DNA of 64,000 nt from Zygnema circumcarinatum SAG 698-1b (taxonomy: Eukaryota > Plantae > Zygnematophyceae): the NCBI GenBank assembly GCA_037447605.1, contig CM074804.1, positions 3,573,909-3,637,908 on the forward strand, written 5' to 3'. How positions within the stretch are numbered: the stretch's first letter is position 1; every line of letters starts with the position of its first letter. The position numbers and the translations under genes are program-made. Positions 37,817 to 51,130 of this stretch are shown here, in pieces. The notes below the pieces were generated by a model, which had not been told where the DNA came from, did no database searches, and saw nothing but the letters and a program-made list of their open reading frames with translations.

Positions 37817-40286
37817 ATGGGCAAGAAGGAGAAGGAGCCGGCGCTGTACTGGAGCAGGCCGGACAATGCATCAGCTGCGGGCGCGCCCATTGCAGTGGTT
37901 TTCGCATGGATGTTTTCGAAGAGGCGGCACGTGGCACAGTATCTTCGCCTCTTCAACTCTTGCGGATGGGCTGCTCTTGCATGCCATCCGCCTGTACTCA
38001 ACTTGTAAGTAAGGTAGAGTTTTGACTGCTGCTGGCACTGCACATTCTAGCCATTCTGGCCCTTGCGGTGACTCCTCCCTTTCTTTTTTCTTTGGAAGAA
38101 AGTGGTTTAAGACAGAGAGTCGGGGTCTCCAAATTGAATCTGCTTCATTATTGAACTCTGGTACCTGATTTTTATTGTCTTCAGAGCCTGCCTGAATTCT
38201 TCAGAAATTCGCCGCGAACAAATTTGTTTCTTTTCTCTGTCTCGTTTTTCCTCTAGGTGGTTGCCATCTCGAGCGGAGTCCCTGGCAAGGCTATGCCTAG
38301 ACGAACTTGCTGAGGTACCTCTGGGCATGTATCGGTTAAACTGTTTCGGGTCGATTGTTGGCAAGCAACTGTTGGCTGCAAGGGCCACAACCTGTTTGGA
38401 AGTCTCAGCTCGTACATTACTGTCTGTCTCTGCTTTATGCAATTTCATTCTAATCTTCACCGCCATGAAGCGTTTCAATAGTTCACAGTCGTGCATGGAC
38501 CAATGGCAGCCGAGGGATTGCGTGCAAAGCTAGGAGGTGAAGGAGGAGCGCCGTCCGATTGTTGTCGTTTCATTCTCTGGAGGAGTAAAGGCGTGTCAGT
38601 ATAAATTTCTTACGGTAACTTCTTTTCTTATATCCTCAGCTCACGAAGCATAAGGTGTAACTGGAAGGTCTTGGTTTTTACGGTCTCGTCTTAATCTCTC
38701 TCGCGCTCTCCCGCCTCCAGCCCTCTCGTTCTTTACTTCTTCACATCCTTTCCCGGTCCTGTCCCCTCTCCTTTTGTTCACTCTCCTTTTCTTGTTGCCC
38801 AGTACCCTTTGATCCCTCTCCCTTTCTTTGCGCTCCCTTAGCCTCGCACTCTCTGCTGCTCGTTTTCTTGCATTTCTCTCTCACCACTCCCTGCCTCCCC
38901 AGCTGTATTTTCAATGTTTCAGCCGCCAGCATTTTTGAAAGTCTTTAGTGTGAAATGTTTTTTTTGCTTATCCGAATAATAGAGAATGACATTCCTTCCT
39001 CGAACATTCAAGAAGAAGAAGCTGAATTTGAAGATTGAACTTTGCAGTTCTTCTTACCTTTTTTTTTTCTCTTGATGGGAGGAATTACAGTTGCTTTTGA
39101 GGGAGGCATCGCAAGAGAAGAACATGGTAAGGATCCGCTCCGTCTTGGCTGGTAAAGGGTCACACAACATAATTTCATTCCTTGTTCTCTCTGTTGCGTT
39201 CTTCACTGGTCGCTCAGGTTGTTTGTGACCATAGTGAGAATCAATATACATGATCTTCAGGTTCAATAACTATATTTGTTCCGGCTGGCGGCTGTTCAGA
39301 AGCATGCGCTTGATGCCACGCCTTCCTACAAGGTGCTCCGACAGTGCATCGCCGGTCAAATCTTTGATTCCTGTCCTATCGACTTTGTGAGCCAAATTGG
39401 AGCTCGGTTCCTTTCCCAACCCCCAGGGACTGGCAAGTCTCAAAGGAGCTCTGCTCGAGCTGCAGCAGCTTCTGCAGCAGCTGTTGTTATGGATGCTATT
39501 TTTTTGCGCGAGTTTGAGAAGCAGAGAGCCGACGTCTGGGAGGTGCTGCGCAGGTCTGCGGTGCGTTGCTGGAGCTCACTTTTTCTCCCTCACATCGCCA
39601 TTTGTTTCTCACTCTCTTCCCCTTTCGTTCGTTTCCTACTACTTCCTTTCCCTCACTTTCTCACTTTCCCTTCAACCGTTTCCCCCCTGGAGAACCCTGA
39701 AGACATCCTTCCCGCATACGCTTCCGCGGTGGTGCCTTGAACTTGAAAACGTCTATGTGCCTTTGTCGGTTCCAGATTTTTGGACCTGTTCTCCTGTTCT
39801 TCTCCAAGAATGATGAGCTGGCCCCGCATGAGAGAGTATCGCAATTCGCTGCTGAGATGGCAAAAAACGGAAGCAAAGTCACAGCGATTTGTTGGGACGT
39901 CTCCGAACACGTTGGTATGCTGCAATTGATTCACTTCCTTTTCTTTTCATCAACTTTATCACACCCCTTTCCTTAGCGTTTAAAGGAAGCGTCTAAAATA
40001 CTTGGTTCGTCAATGTGATGCAATGTGTGCATCAGGACATTTACGACATCATCCAGACGAGTATTCAAGGAATGTTGTGAAGTTCCTGGAATATGTTCTT
40101 GACACGTGGAGCAGGCGGATTCAAGCAGGGGGGGAACACGAAGTGGTTGTTGGGCCATCTGGTGATGAAAATTTGCAAATAGGTGTGAATTCTATCATTG
40201 GTCATTACGAAATTCCTGACCTCCGTACGGCTGCACGCACTGATTCCAGCCCTGAACCTCGGCCCTTCATTCGGTCAAAATTGTAG
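37817..40286 (+). CDS. TMEM53/DUF829 alpha/beta-hydrolase-fold protein
   Basis: Exons 37817-38004, 38257-38314, 38534-38614, then exons near 39.3-39.55 kb, 39.78-39.92 kb and 40.04-40.29 kb. Motifs VVFAWMFSKRRHVAQY, SFSGG, GQIFDSCP, LLFFSKNDELAP, WDVSEHVGHLRHHPDEY. Confidence 0.85.
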
Positions 40287-40699
40287 CTCATTCGTTGTTG
40301 GATTCCAGAGCCCGAGAGAGTCGTTTGCAGTGCGTATGCTCTTCATGTGATGGCGGTTCAGGTTAGGACTGGTTATTTGCAGATGGGGAGGTCTTTTCTA
40401 TTTTTTGCCTTGTGTCCTTCCTTCAAGCCTTTGTTTCCCTCCAGTATTTTTTATGAATGTTTGACGTTTTAGTTGCGAGTCGTTGGTCGCATTGACCATT
40501 ATGGTGGTCTGTAACGCATGAGCCTTTCAAGGTCTTTTAGGGTTTTTACTTGTTACTTTGTTACTGAAAGTGACTAAGTTCGAAAATATTCGAATGTCAA
40601 GCTACATGGACACCTTGGTGTACCATGTTGCAACTGGCGAGCTACCCTCCTTCGTGATCTCCGAGGGCCTATTTGCAGTTACGAGTCTGTTGCAATGGT

Positions 40700-41060
40700 G
40701 TGAGGGCGAGGGAGCTGGGGTTGGAGTGGGAGTGGGAGAGGGAGAAGGAGGGGAAGAAGTGAGGGAGAAGGGATAGGGAAAGAAGTGAGGAAGAAGGGGG
40801 GAGGGAGAGGGATAGGGAGAGAGAGGGAGGAGGGAGAGAAGGACAAAGAAATTAAAGCACACGAAACGAAAGAAGAACTGAAAGAGAGAGAAAAGAGAAA
40901 TCGAAAAGAGAGTGAAAACAAAAAGGAATAGAGAAACAGAGGATAAAAGACAAAGAGACGGAATATAGAGAAAGATAAATTAGAGGCGAGGGAATGAGAA
41001 TAAAAACGAGAGACGCGAAGTGTAGAGAGCGCGAGGCAGGGACAAGCGAAGGCAGGCAGG
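40700..41060. repeat. Long purine (GA)-rich low-complexity tract; similar tracts at about 28960-29130, 30230-30680, 38690-38900, 52660-52860 and 55600-55720
   Basis: Directly visible polypurine/polypyrimidine runs; they generate many spurious L/S/P or E/R/G ORFs. Confidence 0.85.
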
Positions 41061-41169
41061 CAGGCACCCACGAACTTGGAACGAGCTGAGACGAGGCGAG
41101 GCGAGGCGATGGCCCACAAAATGAAAATGCCGTAGGAGAACACGCGAGGGGCGGGCGGGCGGAGGCGGG

Positions 41170-41260
41170 CCGTACGACCGGAATGGATGGGGATGTTGTG
41201 CCGTGTACGGATGCACGGGTTCCACTGTACGACATGGTTACCGTACGATATCTGTACGGA
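41170..41260. promoter_or_regulatory. Cluster of five GTAC cores (CCGTACG-type) upstream of the O-fucosyltransferase
   Basis: ccgtacg, gtgtacgg, ctgtacg, ccgtacg, ctgtacgg within 90 bp, 75-165 bp upstream of the ATG. Confidence 0.5.
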
Positions 41261-41334
41261 TAAAAGGTGCGCCCTTGGAAGTTGCAAAGTTCCACGCCAT
41301 GGTAAGCACAAGTCACGAGGCCTCGTTCGCAGCC

Positions 41335-44300
41335 ATGGCGTCCGGCGCCGCGTCAGGGGACTGGCGCCGGAGGGCTGGCATCAGGCGCAGGTGCTCCTTG
41401 CTTTTTCTTGCAGGCCCTGCTCGTTTCAGCAGGAGTCATGGACTGCCTGATTTCACATTCTTGTATCACTGCCTCTGCCTCATCTGATCTTGTAAGCCGT
41501 TTTGAGAAAGCTTCGTGATTCAGGGGGTCTTGACAACCTCCATCAGAGATTCGGCTTTGCCTCAAATCATAGCGTCGACGTTCCTTTTGTAAGATAAACT
41601 TCATGATTTTTCATGCTGTGCTGCTCATATCGGTCCCTGCTCTATTTCTTGCAGGAGAGTCCTGGACAGGGCCTGTCCGTGCCACTATTTTGGCGTCCAT
41701 TGTTGGCTTCAATTTGTGACGGCACTTGCAGTTGGCGCAGCCATTACAGGATTTTTGCATCACTCAGGCATTAAGATCTCGGTGTGTCAAAGCTCCTTTT
41801 GTTCCTCTTAAGGAGTTTTTGTTGGAGCGCCGTTTTTATCTGTTCAACTTAGTTGCGTATGCGTGTCGGCATGCGTCTAAAGCTGTATAAATATGATTTG
41901 ATTCTTATTTGATTTGATTTGCTTCTCGGCAAAAAACTTGGGTGGACACATTTTGACAAATTAGTAAAATGTCTGGAAATCATTGAATTTCTAGGACATT
42001 CTTAAGAGCAGCGCCCAAGTACGTAGTGTTGATAATCTCCATTTTTGATTTCAAGACACCGTTTTCAGCTTCGGCTTACTGGAAGATCTATGTGAAAAGT
42101 TGTCAGTTTCGAGTCAATCAAGCATGCAGTTTTTCGATCAAACTTCAAATAAATTCGGCGGCCAGGACAGCCTCATGAGATATGAAGTTATCGTCTGCAG
42201 GTCAGTGAGAAGCACGAGGAGGAGGTAGACCTGGCTGTGCTTTGGCCAACAGCGGAGGGCCAAGGTTGGCAACCAGCCACTGCTCCCAGAACTTCTGATT
42301 GGCCATGTAAGTATCCCGCTTTACCCGGTATCTGCAGGTCATCCACTTCTAGCGGAACTTATACTTTGCCTTGTCGATTCAGCCAGCATATTTTTGTTTG
42401 GTGTAAGAAATAATCTGATGCATTTGATTTTATGGGAGGATTTTTCCTGCGTATTCTTTGTGGTGCTTCGGCTATCTTGTCTGTGGAAAAAAACCAGGGA
42501 TGTTCGTCCGTAAAGTGGCCCTGTTTAACACATAGGACGTATGTGAACGGTGTTTAATGGTTGTAGTGCCGCAGCAGCCGAGTAACGGGTATCTCATGGT
42601 TCGTTGCAATGGAGGTCTTAATCAGCAGCGCAGCGCGGTACGGCTCGTCCGCTGATTTTCTTGCTGTTGAGTTAGGAATGGAAGCATGCAATTGGTGGAA
42701 TTGTAATGGAATTGTAATGAGAATGACCTCTTTTGGAAACGGCGAGATTCCTTTCAGATCTGGACTTGTCTTTCCAAAGTTACATAGGGTTGCTGTCATG
42801 CAATTCAGCTTTCCATGATATGCTCGTTATCTCTTGTGTTAGTATTATGCTGGCTACTTCATGTAAGCAACTGACTTTTTATGAGCTAGAATAATGGCTA
42901 AGCTGGTTCCTCCATTCAGGAGTATCAGAGTGGCTGCCCTTTGAAATTTCGGTCACTCACGTGACATGGACACAGTTTCTTCCTTCCTTTACGCCTTGGT
43001 ACTTCGTCCTTATGGAATGGTCTATTGTTCGTGCGCTACCTTAACCATGACATTGACGGGCCCACAACATGTCTCTTGGATCCAGATTTGCAATGCCGTA
43101 CTTGCTGCCAGGGTGATGAATGCAACCCTTGTTCTACCACAGCTGGATGCCAATCTTTATTGGCATGACAAAAGGCAGGTCTACGTTACTTCACTCATCA
43201 GGCTTGCAAACATATGCTGGTGCTGTTCCATGGCGGCGTCTATGCCCGTGGTGGTGAAACATGCAGCTGTGTAATCTAAAACATTGGCTTTCTTTTTGTT
43301 TTCTTAAAGCCTGAAACCCAAACTAACTTGTATGCACGCTCTCATGTGTTCGAGTTTCTTCTTTGTTCGTGTTGCACAGTGACTTTGCCGGGATATATGA
43401 CGTGGCTCATTTTATTTCCTATCTTAAATCTGACGTGGAGGTTGTTCGAATGCTGCCACAAAGACTCACAAAAATCAAGCGTCAGGCACCGCCCCTCAGC
43501 CCCTTTGCCTCCTTTACTCCTGTTTCCTCTGAGCCGCCTGCTTGAAATGGATTTGTGAAATGGTTTCTCAAAGTGCATGTTTTCCAGCCGCCAGCCTCTG
43601 CACTGCACGTCAGCCATGGGAGCATCGCCCATGTCTTAAAAACCGCCGCTGGAATGCTTGCAGCTGAACCCACCTCGAGATGCGCCCATTGACTGGTATA
43701 CCTCCACTGCTCTCAAGGCTATGAGGAAACACGGTGTGATCTACCTTACACCATTCAGCCACCGAATGGCAGAAGAATTTAACCGCTCAGCCCTGGCTTC
43801 TGAGTGGCAGCGCTTGCGCTGTCGAGTAAATTTTGAGGCGCTGAGGTTTCGACCAGAAGTTGAGCGTGCTGCAGCGCTCATAGTGGAACGTCTCCGGCAG
43901 GAGGGCCCGTTTGTGGCAGTGCACCTACGCTTTGAGATGGATATGGTGGCATTTGCGGGGTGAGGCATTGCAGACGGCAGCAGTTCTTGGCTGGAGGGCG
44001 GCGAGAAGGTGTGATTCTAGGCAGTGCAAGGGGGAGAGTTGTATTATGTATATGTTTTTGACTGGCTAAGTCTTCCTTAGGACTTATGCTGGGTTGCACG
44101 GTTTTTCCATGGTTGCTAGCAGAACCATGGGCGTAACTTGCTTGATAGGTAGAGTTGGAAGTAGGGTGTGTGCATCGCCTGGCGCCCATGGACGAGGTTT
44201 GAATGAATTACCCACATCTAGATGGTGCATCTGATTGTTTGGGGGCATGGACAGCTGCGTGGACATATTCACACCTGAGGAGCAGGCATTGCTGCTTCAA

Positions 44301-45739
44301 TATCGTAAAGAAAATTTCGCAGACAAAAAGCTGGAGTCATCCGAGAGACGGCGAATTGGGAAGTGCCCTCTCACACCGGAAGAGGTGAGTTATCTTGTTG
44401 TCTCACGCGCAATTACTTATCGAATGACATGCAGCCATTGGTGTGCGTGGATGGGTATCTTGGGGCTAATGTTGGAATGAAGTGGAGTGGAGTGATATTT
44501 CACAGCGAAGGAGCTGAAATCAAATGATGCTGATGCAAATCATTTTTGGGGAGGTTCTATGATTCTATAATACATGAAATGGTTATCGTGGCTCAAGACT
44601 AGAAGTCCTGGGAATTAGTCTTGGGCCATTCAACAGTTTCCTGGACTAAGTGGTTCCACCAACATCACCCGTTATACTAGCACTGAATTCAAGGGTGGCT
44701 TCTCAGAGGTTCCAAGATAATCATTTTCCTCACCGAAGAAATGAATGAGAGAGTCCTCTGAGGCTTGTTTATGATTACTATCTGGCTAAACAAACTAATT
44801 GAACGGAAGGGCGTCAAACAGGTAGGCCTTATTCTGCAGGCTATGGGATACCCGAACACAACCCGCATCTATGTCGCAGCCGGGGAGGTTTTTGGAGGCG
44901 ATCGATTCATGGTTCCTTTGCGTGCTATGTATCCCCTCTTGACGAATCGGAGCACTGTCCTCAGCGCTGACGAGCTCGCAATGGTTACCGGAGAAGGCAG
45001 AGGCCTCCTTGGCCCTGCAGTCGATTACCTTGTCTGCTTAAAGGTATGGTGCACTGGACAGGCTTCTTGCCTTGTGTTCCGCCCAGAGGGAGAAGACAAG
45101 ACGTTTTTCGGCTCAAACTTAGGATGGCCTAGAGGTTAAGTAGCTGCTTTGTTCTGACAAAACGAGAGATTCGTGTGGATTTAGCTCACCTGACTACCGT
45201 GTGCATGTTGCGTTTGTTGTTGGCTATTGTTGGCTTAGATTCCCATTAAAGACTGAAAGAACAGCTTGAGAATAGATTAATTGTCAGAAATGTGAACTTC
45301 ATGTCTGGGTACCGTCCTTGTTGCTTGCTTTCGTTAGGGTCTCAGTCCTGTTTTAGATAGAGCGCATGCTAGGGAGTGCAAGTTTTGTTGATGATGCCAG
45401 GAGCTCGGATTCATCCTGCAGGCAGATATATTTATGCCGACTTACGATGGACCAAGCAATTTTGCCAATAATGTGATGGGCCATCGGTTATTCAATTCAT
45501 TCGGCATCACAATACGGCCAAATCGCAAGGCTCTGGCACGTATGTTCGATGGCCAAAAGCAGGGCACTCTTGGGCCATTGGAGTTCCGACGCCTGGTTAA
45601 CCAACTGATGCGAAATGAGACTTTGGGAGGACCTTGCCCGCGTCAGCCCCATGAATCGTTCTACACCAACCCCTGGCCGGAATGCTTCTGCCGAATGGGA
45701 GACACGGGAACCAGTGGTGACAGCGGAGATGTTTGTTGA
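41335..45739 (+). CDS. O-fucosyltransferase family protein (GT106/DUF246), type II membrane
   Basis: N-terminal TM exon about 41655-41781; catalytic motifs [46 protein letters not shown]-like ([15 protein letters not shown]), VHLRFEMDMVAFAGC, GKCPLTPEEVGLIL, IYVAAGEVFGG, YDGPSNFA, ESFYTNPWPECFC. Stop at 45739. Confidence 0.95.
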
Positions 45740-46681
45740 AGTGTGCAAGAGCCAGGTTGGGAGGAAAAGGATATTGCCTCTTGTCTCTTGGCAAGAGAGA
45801 GTTGCTGGGGAAGGAAACAGCATGGGGAAAGAAAAATTAGAAAGTGATTACTAGAAAGAAGAAGAAATTACTTGTTGTGTCCTAGGCTTTAGGCTCTGTA
45901 AAAATGGTTAGAATATTGTGAAGGCTAGATCTGGAGACATGAGGTCGGTACCTCTTATCTCAGTTTTGTTTTCCTCTCGCCCTCACTCTTGTAAACTTAC
46001 CTTGCTCAGTACTTTCACAACGTGACCCATCCGCTCTGCTCTAGCAGGAGGCGGCGACTTTTACTACTTGTGCCTTGCCATGGAATGAGGACGGGGGGTG
46101 CACTCCATTCAAACTCGTGTGTTATACTCGTGAAGGAAGTGAGGCTTTCGGGTAAGTAGGGAGGGCAAGGGGTTTGCGGGGCTGTCGAATTCACTCTGCT
46201 CATGTGACTGGCTTCCATAGGAGTCATCTGCTTCGCTCTATCCGGATATCTGTATTCATTCGGGCAAAGCTGAACAGACACGACCGGCCGATCCGCAGCC
46301 ACTCAATAGAAGATCGCCACACGGTCGCTAACAAGCGGCAGGCAATGGCGCGCACAGCTGTCGCTGGAAGGCGGTAGGCCTCTTGTTGCAGGGCTTTCCA
46401 AGGCTGAAACCGACATAATACACGTCGGGCGCTTGTTCTATGCATCTAACGCTCATCTCTCAGCCTTGAGAAATAGGTTCTGAACCACAACTTTTCCGGA
46501 TTCTTACACATAACGGTTTGAAGGCTCCTAAGGGAGCTCCAACCTTGAGTAATCCCCCACAACATGTTTCTCACTAACAAAATTTCTGTGCTCCATTTGC
46601 AAGTAAAAAACGGACATTTGCAAGAAAAACCGCTGGAAAGGGCACCTCGTCGACTCATTTCGAACTTTAAACATGGTACAA

Positions 46682-49600
46682 TTATGTCCTCCTATCGCTC
46701 AAAGTAACCAACAGGGGAAAGCTATGTTCCGGCTCATATCCGGTCACCTCTTCCACGAGTCTCTCATGTACCGTCCAAACGAGAGGGTCGTAGCGCTCCT
46801 CTACTCTCACAGTAAAGCCGACAGCTGCAGCTTTTTCACAGAACTGCTCCAAGGACTTCCCTCGTCGAGGTGCAAAAAGGACAACGTCACAGGAGGGATC
46901 CTTCTCTGCCCTCGTTATTTCCCCCGACGAATCCCCAGCGGAAGAACCATTTTTCCCAGCCACGTCCACAAGGGGCAAGCCCTTTTGGCTAAGGTCACTT
47001 TCTAACACATTAACTCCCGGCTCAATTGTGCAGGTTCGCAGACAAAGGAGGTCCTGAATGGTCTGCAGGAGAGCGGCGTGCAGCTCACAGAAGAAGAGGC
47101 TGCAACCCATCATCAGGCCGTACACTGAAGTTAGGCCTGAAATCGTCCTTGTCTTGACCATCTCTTCCGCAACCCGAATGTCAATGGACGTGATGGATGC
47201 AGTGCTTATTTGGTTTTACCATCTTTCAGATGTAGATGAAGGTGAAACAAACAAGCACCAAGAGGTGTGCTGCACTCCTGGACAGAGAGGCGCATTACCA
47301 GTCTGCAGCCAGCACAAGGTCGAAGCTGTGACGGAGAGAAGCAGGAACAGGTTCCGCCCAGTGGAGCCTCTCAACGGTCACCTTCGCGGCATGATATGCT
47401 GTCGAGTTCGCAGCCACATTACTTCTCAAAACTGAACCTTGAAGTCACGGCTCACTTCGGCTCACTTTAGATTACCACCTTCACACCACAGCTACTGAGA
47501 CAAAACAAAATGCTAGAAACCCACCAGTAGCGGACCTCTATGCCGCATTGCCAGTATCAAGACGATGCAGAATGTCATACAACCAAGAAGTAACGTCAGG
47601 TGCAAACGAACCGGTACCAAATGCACTGGTTTGGGGCTGACACTGTTCTGTTGACCCCCTTCACGGTCCCATGCTGAGGTTTCCACATGATTGATGGATG
47701 AAAGGATACATCGCAGCACTTGGGGGTTGGCATCGCTGACTGCCACATGGGCCGCTTCAGAGCAGGAGGCAACTGTGAGGCCGGCGAGTCCGTAGCCTGC
47801 ACCAAGTTCTATCACTCTCTTGTTTCTGATGAGACATCACAGAGAAATCATAGATACAAATGAGAGTGGATGCCGGCGTTCACCATGCAAGGCGCTAGTG
47901 TTGCCCTTCCGATGCAAACTACGAGAAAATGAGCAGACGTTCCTTTCTCCCTCAGGAGCTTCTTCCCAAAAAAAACTCGTTTCAGTTCGATATTAACCCC
48001 ACAATTACTCTCCAGCACCAAGCTCTCTCCCTTTTCCAGAATCCCAGTCTTAGAGGTCTACTGGTCTTAGGAACCGCTCGGCAAAACAACGAATTCTCTC
48101 GGAGCTTCGTCACCATCGGCTTACCTAAAGAGCTCAGGACGAGTTGTAGCATAGAACGCCATCACCTCCTCTGCAGGCCACAGACCTGGCACCTCCAACG
48201 GGTTACATGAACCAGTAAAGCATAGAAACCTCTTACGCATCTACACTCGATAATGATTCTTGCAGAGAATTGGGCAACATGCGAAAGAATTCCACTTTTA
48301 TCGACTAGAACAATTCTACGTCGGTTGAGACTCAGTTGTTTAGCAAGAGCTGCTGCTGGTCACTGAGTAACGACAAAGTATCCAATGGCAAAAAAGTAAC
48401 ATTCAGCAGTTGCGAGTAAGTGAGGGTTAAAAAATGACTTCGTCATATCAACAGAAATCTTGAAAGTTGACGTAAGACATTCGACTGTTTCACATGCTTA
48501 ACAGTTCGTCTATTAAGTTTTTGGCTGCTCATCTCTCATTTTCAAAGGTGCCGTTCAAGACTATGCCCTTACAAGCAACTCCTGTGTTGTCGATGTTGTG
48601 GTCTCGCACCTCCTTGAACTCTCGAAGCACCACCACATCATCCCGTCGCTGCCTAGACAAACAAAAGCAAGCGTTATCAATGCCTGCTTGCATTGATGAT
48701 AATCCATTATCACATACAGTGAGCAAAACTACTCCCACTCGAAAGATGACATGATGCACAAAACTGCGCTACCTTGTTCGGGCGACAACATCATACCGAG
48801 ATATGCTGCGATATCGATGCATCAACGTATCACATGTTGGCGCCTATCTTGGTTACAATGCCATACCTGATGTCAATACATTCCAGGATCGAATCACATT
48901 TTGCATTGCGATACCATATTAGATAGCGATGTCCGATATGGTATCGAAATCAGACATGGCATCAGCATCCGATAGATTTGGTCACGGTATTCCGACATTA
49001 CTGTATATCAAAATTCGTTGTTCGGATCCCTAAATTTAGGAAACCCGTCAAAATTCTAAAATCGTAAATATTTCGTTAGAATTAAAGTCCAAGAAGTAGG
49101 GTAGGTTAGGGAGGACTACCACGAGGGCTTACAAGCATTGATATAAAGAGCTTTTTTGAAAGGTTGGATTCGATTACTTTTCAATGTACTGTAAAGTGGA
49201 ACCTACGACTTGTTTTGAATTCTCGACGAATATCACCAATTTCCGGCCTCTGCGAATTTCACAATCGCGAGTTCCAAATCCGGCCAATATCGAGTACCGA
49301 ATTTGAAATTCTTATCACTGGCTGCGAAGCAGTCTTTGGAATTCGAAGGGCGAGGTTCGCGCTTTGCCTTTACCACAGAATGCGAACATGGCAGACCTCA
49401 GAACAAGCTTGGGGCAGCCATCTCCAGGAAGGCTGTACTCCATCGCCACGTTCAACGCGCTCCCCTCCTCCTCTAGCACAGATTGGCCTTGTGACAACTT
49501 CTTGCACGGAATAAGATTGAAGACTCCTGACAGTCGGCGAGAGACTGATGCTTCCACTGGCGGTTGCACATTTCCTGCCACCCCTGCATTGAAAAGCACT

Positions 49601-49987
49601 GCCATTTGAATGTTGACTCTACTCCTCTAATGCTCTCTCATCCAGGACATGTAATGAATTACAAAGGAAAAGCTGGTGCGTTGATAAGGGTTCAAATTAA
49701 GGTTAGAGTTAGGGATTGGGCTAGGCAAGAATTTGTGTTCGTTCTGTGTGTCAAGACTATATTCACAATAGCTGTCAGCATACGGGTGAGTGCCTGGGTC
49801 AATGAAGGCATCAAATTAGAATTAGGGTTAAGTGCTTCGCAGCTTTCTGGATGTGCTGAGGAAAGGCAGCCATCCACGCACCGCTACTCGATTTGGACAA
49901 TGCATTCGCGAGGATGCGCCAGCGGGCCCTCGCCCGCTCGGCGCGTTGCAATGGCGGAGCTCGGCCGTCCCCCGCCATGGCGGCCAT
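46682..49987 (-). CDS. CAMKMT: Calmodulin-lysine N-methyltransferase
   Basis: Spliced motifs ARWRILANAL, GVFNLIPC, NIDNTGVACLWPAEEVMAFY, VIELGAGYGLAGL (SAM-binding motif I), SDANPQV, FDLVLAADCLFF, FAPRRGKSL..F, HSFPLLVTL. The start may be 49987 or 49978. Confidence 0.92.
47432..47709 (-). other. U12-type (minor spliceosome) GT-AG intron in CAMKMT
   Basis: Donor GTATCCTTT (exact U12 consensus) at 47709; branch-like CCGTGAC at 47450-47444; AG at 47433-47432; splicing restores PQVLR-F-LRSN. Confidence 0.75.
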
Positions 49988-50038
49988 GGCGGAGCGGCTC
50001 GGAAGCCAAGTCTGCCCCTTCCGGCGCCATCGCCTCCT

Positions 50039-50128
50039 CCGTACATTCGGACTACCGTACGAAAAATGATGTACGGCCACATAATTGGAGAATCATACGG
50101 AAAGTACGACAAGGGGAAATACCGTACA
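50039..50128. promoter_or_regulatory. Cluster of five GTAC cores upstream of CAMKMT
   Basis: GTAC at 50041, 50057, 50071, 50104, 50124. Confidence 0.5.
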
Positions 50129-51130
50129 TTGAGAGCCTTAGCCAATCACAAATTCCCACGTTACAAGCAATAACTCGTGGCAAATGGTGATTGGCTGGTC
50201 AGTTGTCAATGACGAGCCGCCGCAAGCTGGCTCATAATTTTGCATAATTTTGCGGAGATCTCGGGCCCAGGGACGCACGCACTCGCACGTGCGAGCCGGA
50301 CGGATCTTACGCTCCGAGCGGATTCGGGCAGGCCCTAACATATTTTTGTCTCTCAAGAAAACTTCCAAGGGGCGGGATATCCAAAATTGGGGGGGTGGGG
50401 GTTTATCATTCTCCAAAGTTTTTAGGTTTCCAGTACATGACGACGGACTGGGCGCATCATCATGACATCATCACGACGTCACAGAGGCAACCAGACGGTC
50501 ATGCCAGCCATGACCCATCTCATGTCCATTGACGAGTTCCGCCCACGTTGTCACGTCACACAAAAAAGAGGCTTCGAGAGGACGAATGGGGGGAGGGAGG
50601 GAGGAGCTTCATTAAGGGACCCAGGGGGTGAAGCAGGCAGCCGGAAGGAAATGTCACAGCTTGAAGCGAGCACTACCCGGACTAGCTTCTACCTCGGCAA
50701 TTTGCAAATTTTAAATTTTTTATTAAATGATATACTGATATTAATGTCTAAATCTACTAAAATTTTGTTAAAATATAAAAGCAAACGCTAAAGGCACTTC
50801 AATAAACGCTACAGAAATGGAAAAGCATGATGGCTGCACACAGGGAAGAATGAAGCGCGCCGTCGCAGAGGGACCACCGCCCGACGGCCTTCACAGAACG
50901 CAGCCATCATGCTCTCTTCTACTTTGAAGCGACCACTTCCTTCATCCGCTTCCTACTTTGAACTTACAACTGCGGACATCCTCTTTACCTTGCAAGAAGA
51001 GGATGACAAGGAGAGCGCTGAGGAAGCCTCGCAAGCTTCACCGGCGCCTGCTCGCTCCACTGTGCCCCCAAGGCCAAAAGAACCAAAAGTCCAGCATAGC
51101 ATGGTGAACGTATCCTCTGCCTCGCCCACA

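Noticed and set aside
46015-46445. Minus-strand ORFs downstream of CAMKMT
   Set aside because: Lie between two convergent stops (probable 3' UTR); no motif or coherent splice path.
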